NCBI GenBank assembly: GCA_001781555.1
Contig: MFLP01000030.1
Span: forward strand, 16,164 to 54,424
Direction: 5' to 3'
From: Candidatus Kaiserbacteria bacterium RIFCSPHIGHO2_12_FULL_53_13
Lineage (GTDB): Bacteria; Patescibacteriota; Minisyncoccia; Phycocordibacterales; UBA2100
DNA length: 38,261 nt
The number at the start of each line of letters is the position of its first letter. Positions within the stretch are counted from its first letter, which is position 1. The notes below the pieces were generated by a model. That model had not been told where the DNA came from. It was given only the letters and a program-made list of their open reading frames with translations, and made no database searches. Of the stretch, positions 36,838 to 38,261 are shown piece after piece. The translations under genes and the position numbers were made by a program.

Positions 36838-38261
36838 CTATAGTAGCACCGCCTTGATTCGTCTGATACCCGCCGCGACGGCTTCTTCTTTTTGTATCTT
36901 AAATGTCCCTTTCAAGTCGCGCGTGTTCTTCACATGCGGGCCGCCGCAGAACTCTATCGAGAACGCTTCTGCGAACCTGGGGTTTTCCGGCGTCGCGGTT
37001 TTCGGCCCGACTGAATAGACGGAGACCATGTCGGGATACTTCACGCCGAACTCGTGCTCCGCGCCGAGTTTCTCCGCTTCTTCTTTCGGGAGCGTCGAAC
37101 AGATGACGGGAAGTTTTTCGCGTATCTTCTCATTCACTATCTGTTCGACTTCGGCGATTTGTTCCGGGGTCATCTTCGCAGGGTGCGAGAAGTCTATCCG
37201 CAGGCGCTCGGCGGTGATGTTGCTCCCTCTCTGCTTCACGTGCGTACCGAGCACAAGCTGGAGTGCTTTCAAAAGCAGGTGATGCGCGGTGTGCAGGCGC
37301 GTCGTCGCTTCGGAATGGTCAGCAAGACCACCCTTGAACTTCTGTTCAGCCCCGGCGCGGGAGAGCTTAGTGTGTTTCTGCATCTCTTTTTGAAATGCTT
37401 CGCGGTCAATCGTCAGACCCTTCGCTAAGGCAATCTCTTCTACAAGCTCAATCGGTAAACCGTAGGTCGTAACGAGTTTAAAAACCGTTTCTGGAGCAAG
37501 CGTGCCGATGGAAAGTACTAGCCGACCTTTGATGCCGGCTTCATTTTCATACGGGTCCGACGCTACATCTTTCATAACGATTTTCTCAAATTCGCGCATT
37601 CCTTTCTCAAGCGTCCGCGCAAATTGTTTTTCCTCTTGCCAGATGACGTTCGCGATATTTTCGTATGCCTGCTCGCCGTCCAGTTCCGGATACGCCATTT
37701 TGTATTTCTCGATAATGAAACTTGCGGCACGGACGAGTTCATTCTCTCGCGCCTGCCCCTGAGCCGCGCCGAGCGCCGTCGCATGCTGTGTCGCGCGGCG
37801 GATGAGACGGCGCAGAATGTATCCGCGCTCCGTATTCGACGGACGGACGCCGTCGGCAATCATGAACGTCGCCGCGCGGATGTGGTCGGCAATGATGCGA
37901 TAGCTTTTCGTGTACGTGCTGTTGGTGTACGGTTTCTCTTCGTCCGAATAGTGTTCAAGGAGTTGAATGATGTCCTCGAATACATCCGTCGCGAATATGT
38001 CCGGATTATCATTCGCCGCCGCAGCGATGCGCTCGACTCCACCGCCGAAATCGACATTCTGCTTGGGAAGAAGCGCGAACGAACCATCCTCCTTCTTGAT
38101 GTACTGCATGAAGACGGAGTTCCCTATCTCCAGGAATCGCCCGCAATCGCAGTTCGGGTGGCATTCTTTGCCATACTTCGCATCGTGCGGCGTTTTGAAA
38201 TCGTAGAAAATCTCCGAGTCGGGCCCGCCGGGCTCGCCTGCGGGCATGTTTTCGGGTACAC
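36838..38261 (-). CDS. alaS: Alanine--tRNA ligase, C-terminal part (5' end outside window), no C-Ala domain
   Basis: GPDSEIFY, EIGN.VFMQY, DFGGG.ERI, IADH.R, GY.LRRLIRR, editing HTAHH and CGGPH; ends at GIRRIKAVLL. Confidence 0.97.
   Translation of the reverse strand, partial: VPENMPAGEPGGPDSEIFYDFKTPHDAKYGKECHPNCDCGRFLEIGNSVFMQYIKKEDGSFALLPKQNVDFGGGVERIAAAANDNPDIFATDVFEDIIQLLEHYSDEEKPYTNSTYTKSYRIIADHIRAATFMIADGVRPSNTERGYILRRLIRRATQHATALGAAQGQARENELVRAASFIIEKYKMAYPELDGEQAYENIANVIWQEEKQFARTLEKGMREFEKIVMKDVASDPYENEAGIKGRLVLSIGTLAPETVFKLVTTYGLPIELVEEIALAKGLTIDREAFQKEMQKHTKLSRAGAEQKFKGGLADHSEATTRLHTAHHLLLKALQLVLGTHVKQRGSNITAERLRIDFSHPAKMTPEQIAEVEQIVNEKIREKLPVICSTLPKEEAEKLGAEHEFGVKYPDMVSVYSVGPKTATPENPRFAEAFSIEFCGGPHVKNTRDLKGTFKIQKEEAVAAGIRRIKAVLL

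Noticed and set aside
1..38261. Alternative genetic code (UGA as Gly)
   Set aside because: TGA terminates several conserved genes at the expected length (e.g. rplI, gltX, murG, grpE), so standard code 11 fits.

Overview
Core chromosomal segment of a bacterium that, by inference, is Patescibacteria/CPR (Parcubacteria, possibly Kaiserbacteria-like). The evidence is a short archaeal-type AspRS, an AlaRS lacking the C-Ala domain, a short L13, an FtsA-like plus baseplate-J-like gene pair and no Shine-Dalgarno sites; TGA is used as stop. Housekeeping content: six aminoacyl-tRNA synthetases (leuS, cysS, gltX, aspS, trpS, alaS), mraY-ftsW-murG with peptidoglycan peptidases, scpAB, grpE-dnaK-dnaJ and the infA to rpsI ribosomal block. 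Three regions stand out. (1) An AT-rich islet at about 6.75-8.57 kb holds a putative HNH-repeat/PD-(D/E)XK nuclease gene and its promoter, enclosed by a perfect 17-bp inverted repeat whose core resembles a XerC/dif half-site. (2) A same-strand module at 20.0-23.7 kb (unknown enzyme-like protein, EamA exporter, unannotated 42-aa membrane peptide, multi-TM orphan histidine kinase) could be a signal synthesis/export/sensing system. (3) A tandem twin-hairpin non-coding element lies between rpsI and grpE. Many genes look leaderless, with a -10 hexamer 6-9 nt before the ATG. No CRISPR, rRNA or tRNA was recognised. All calls come from reading motifs by eye; no searches were run.
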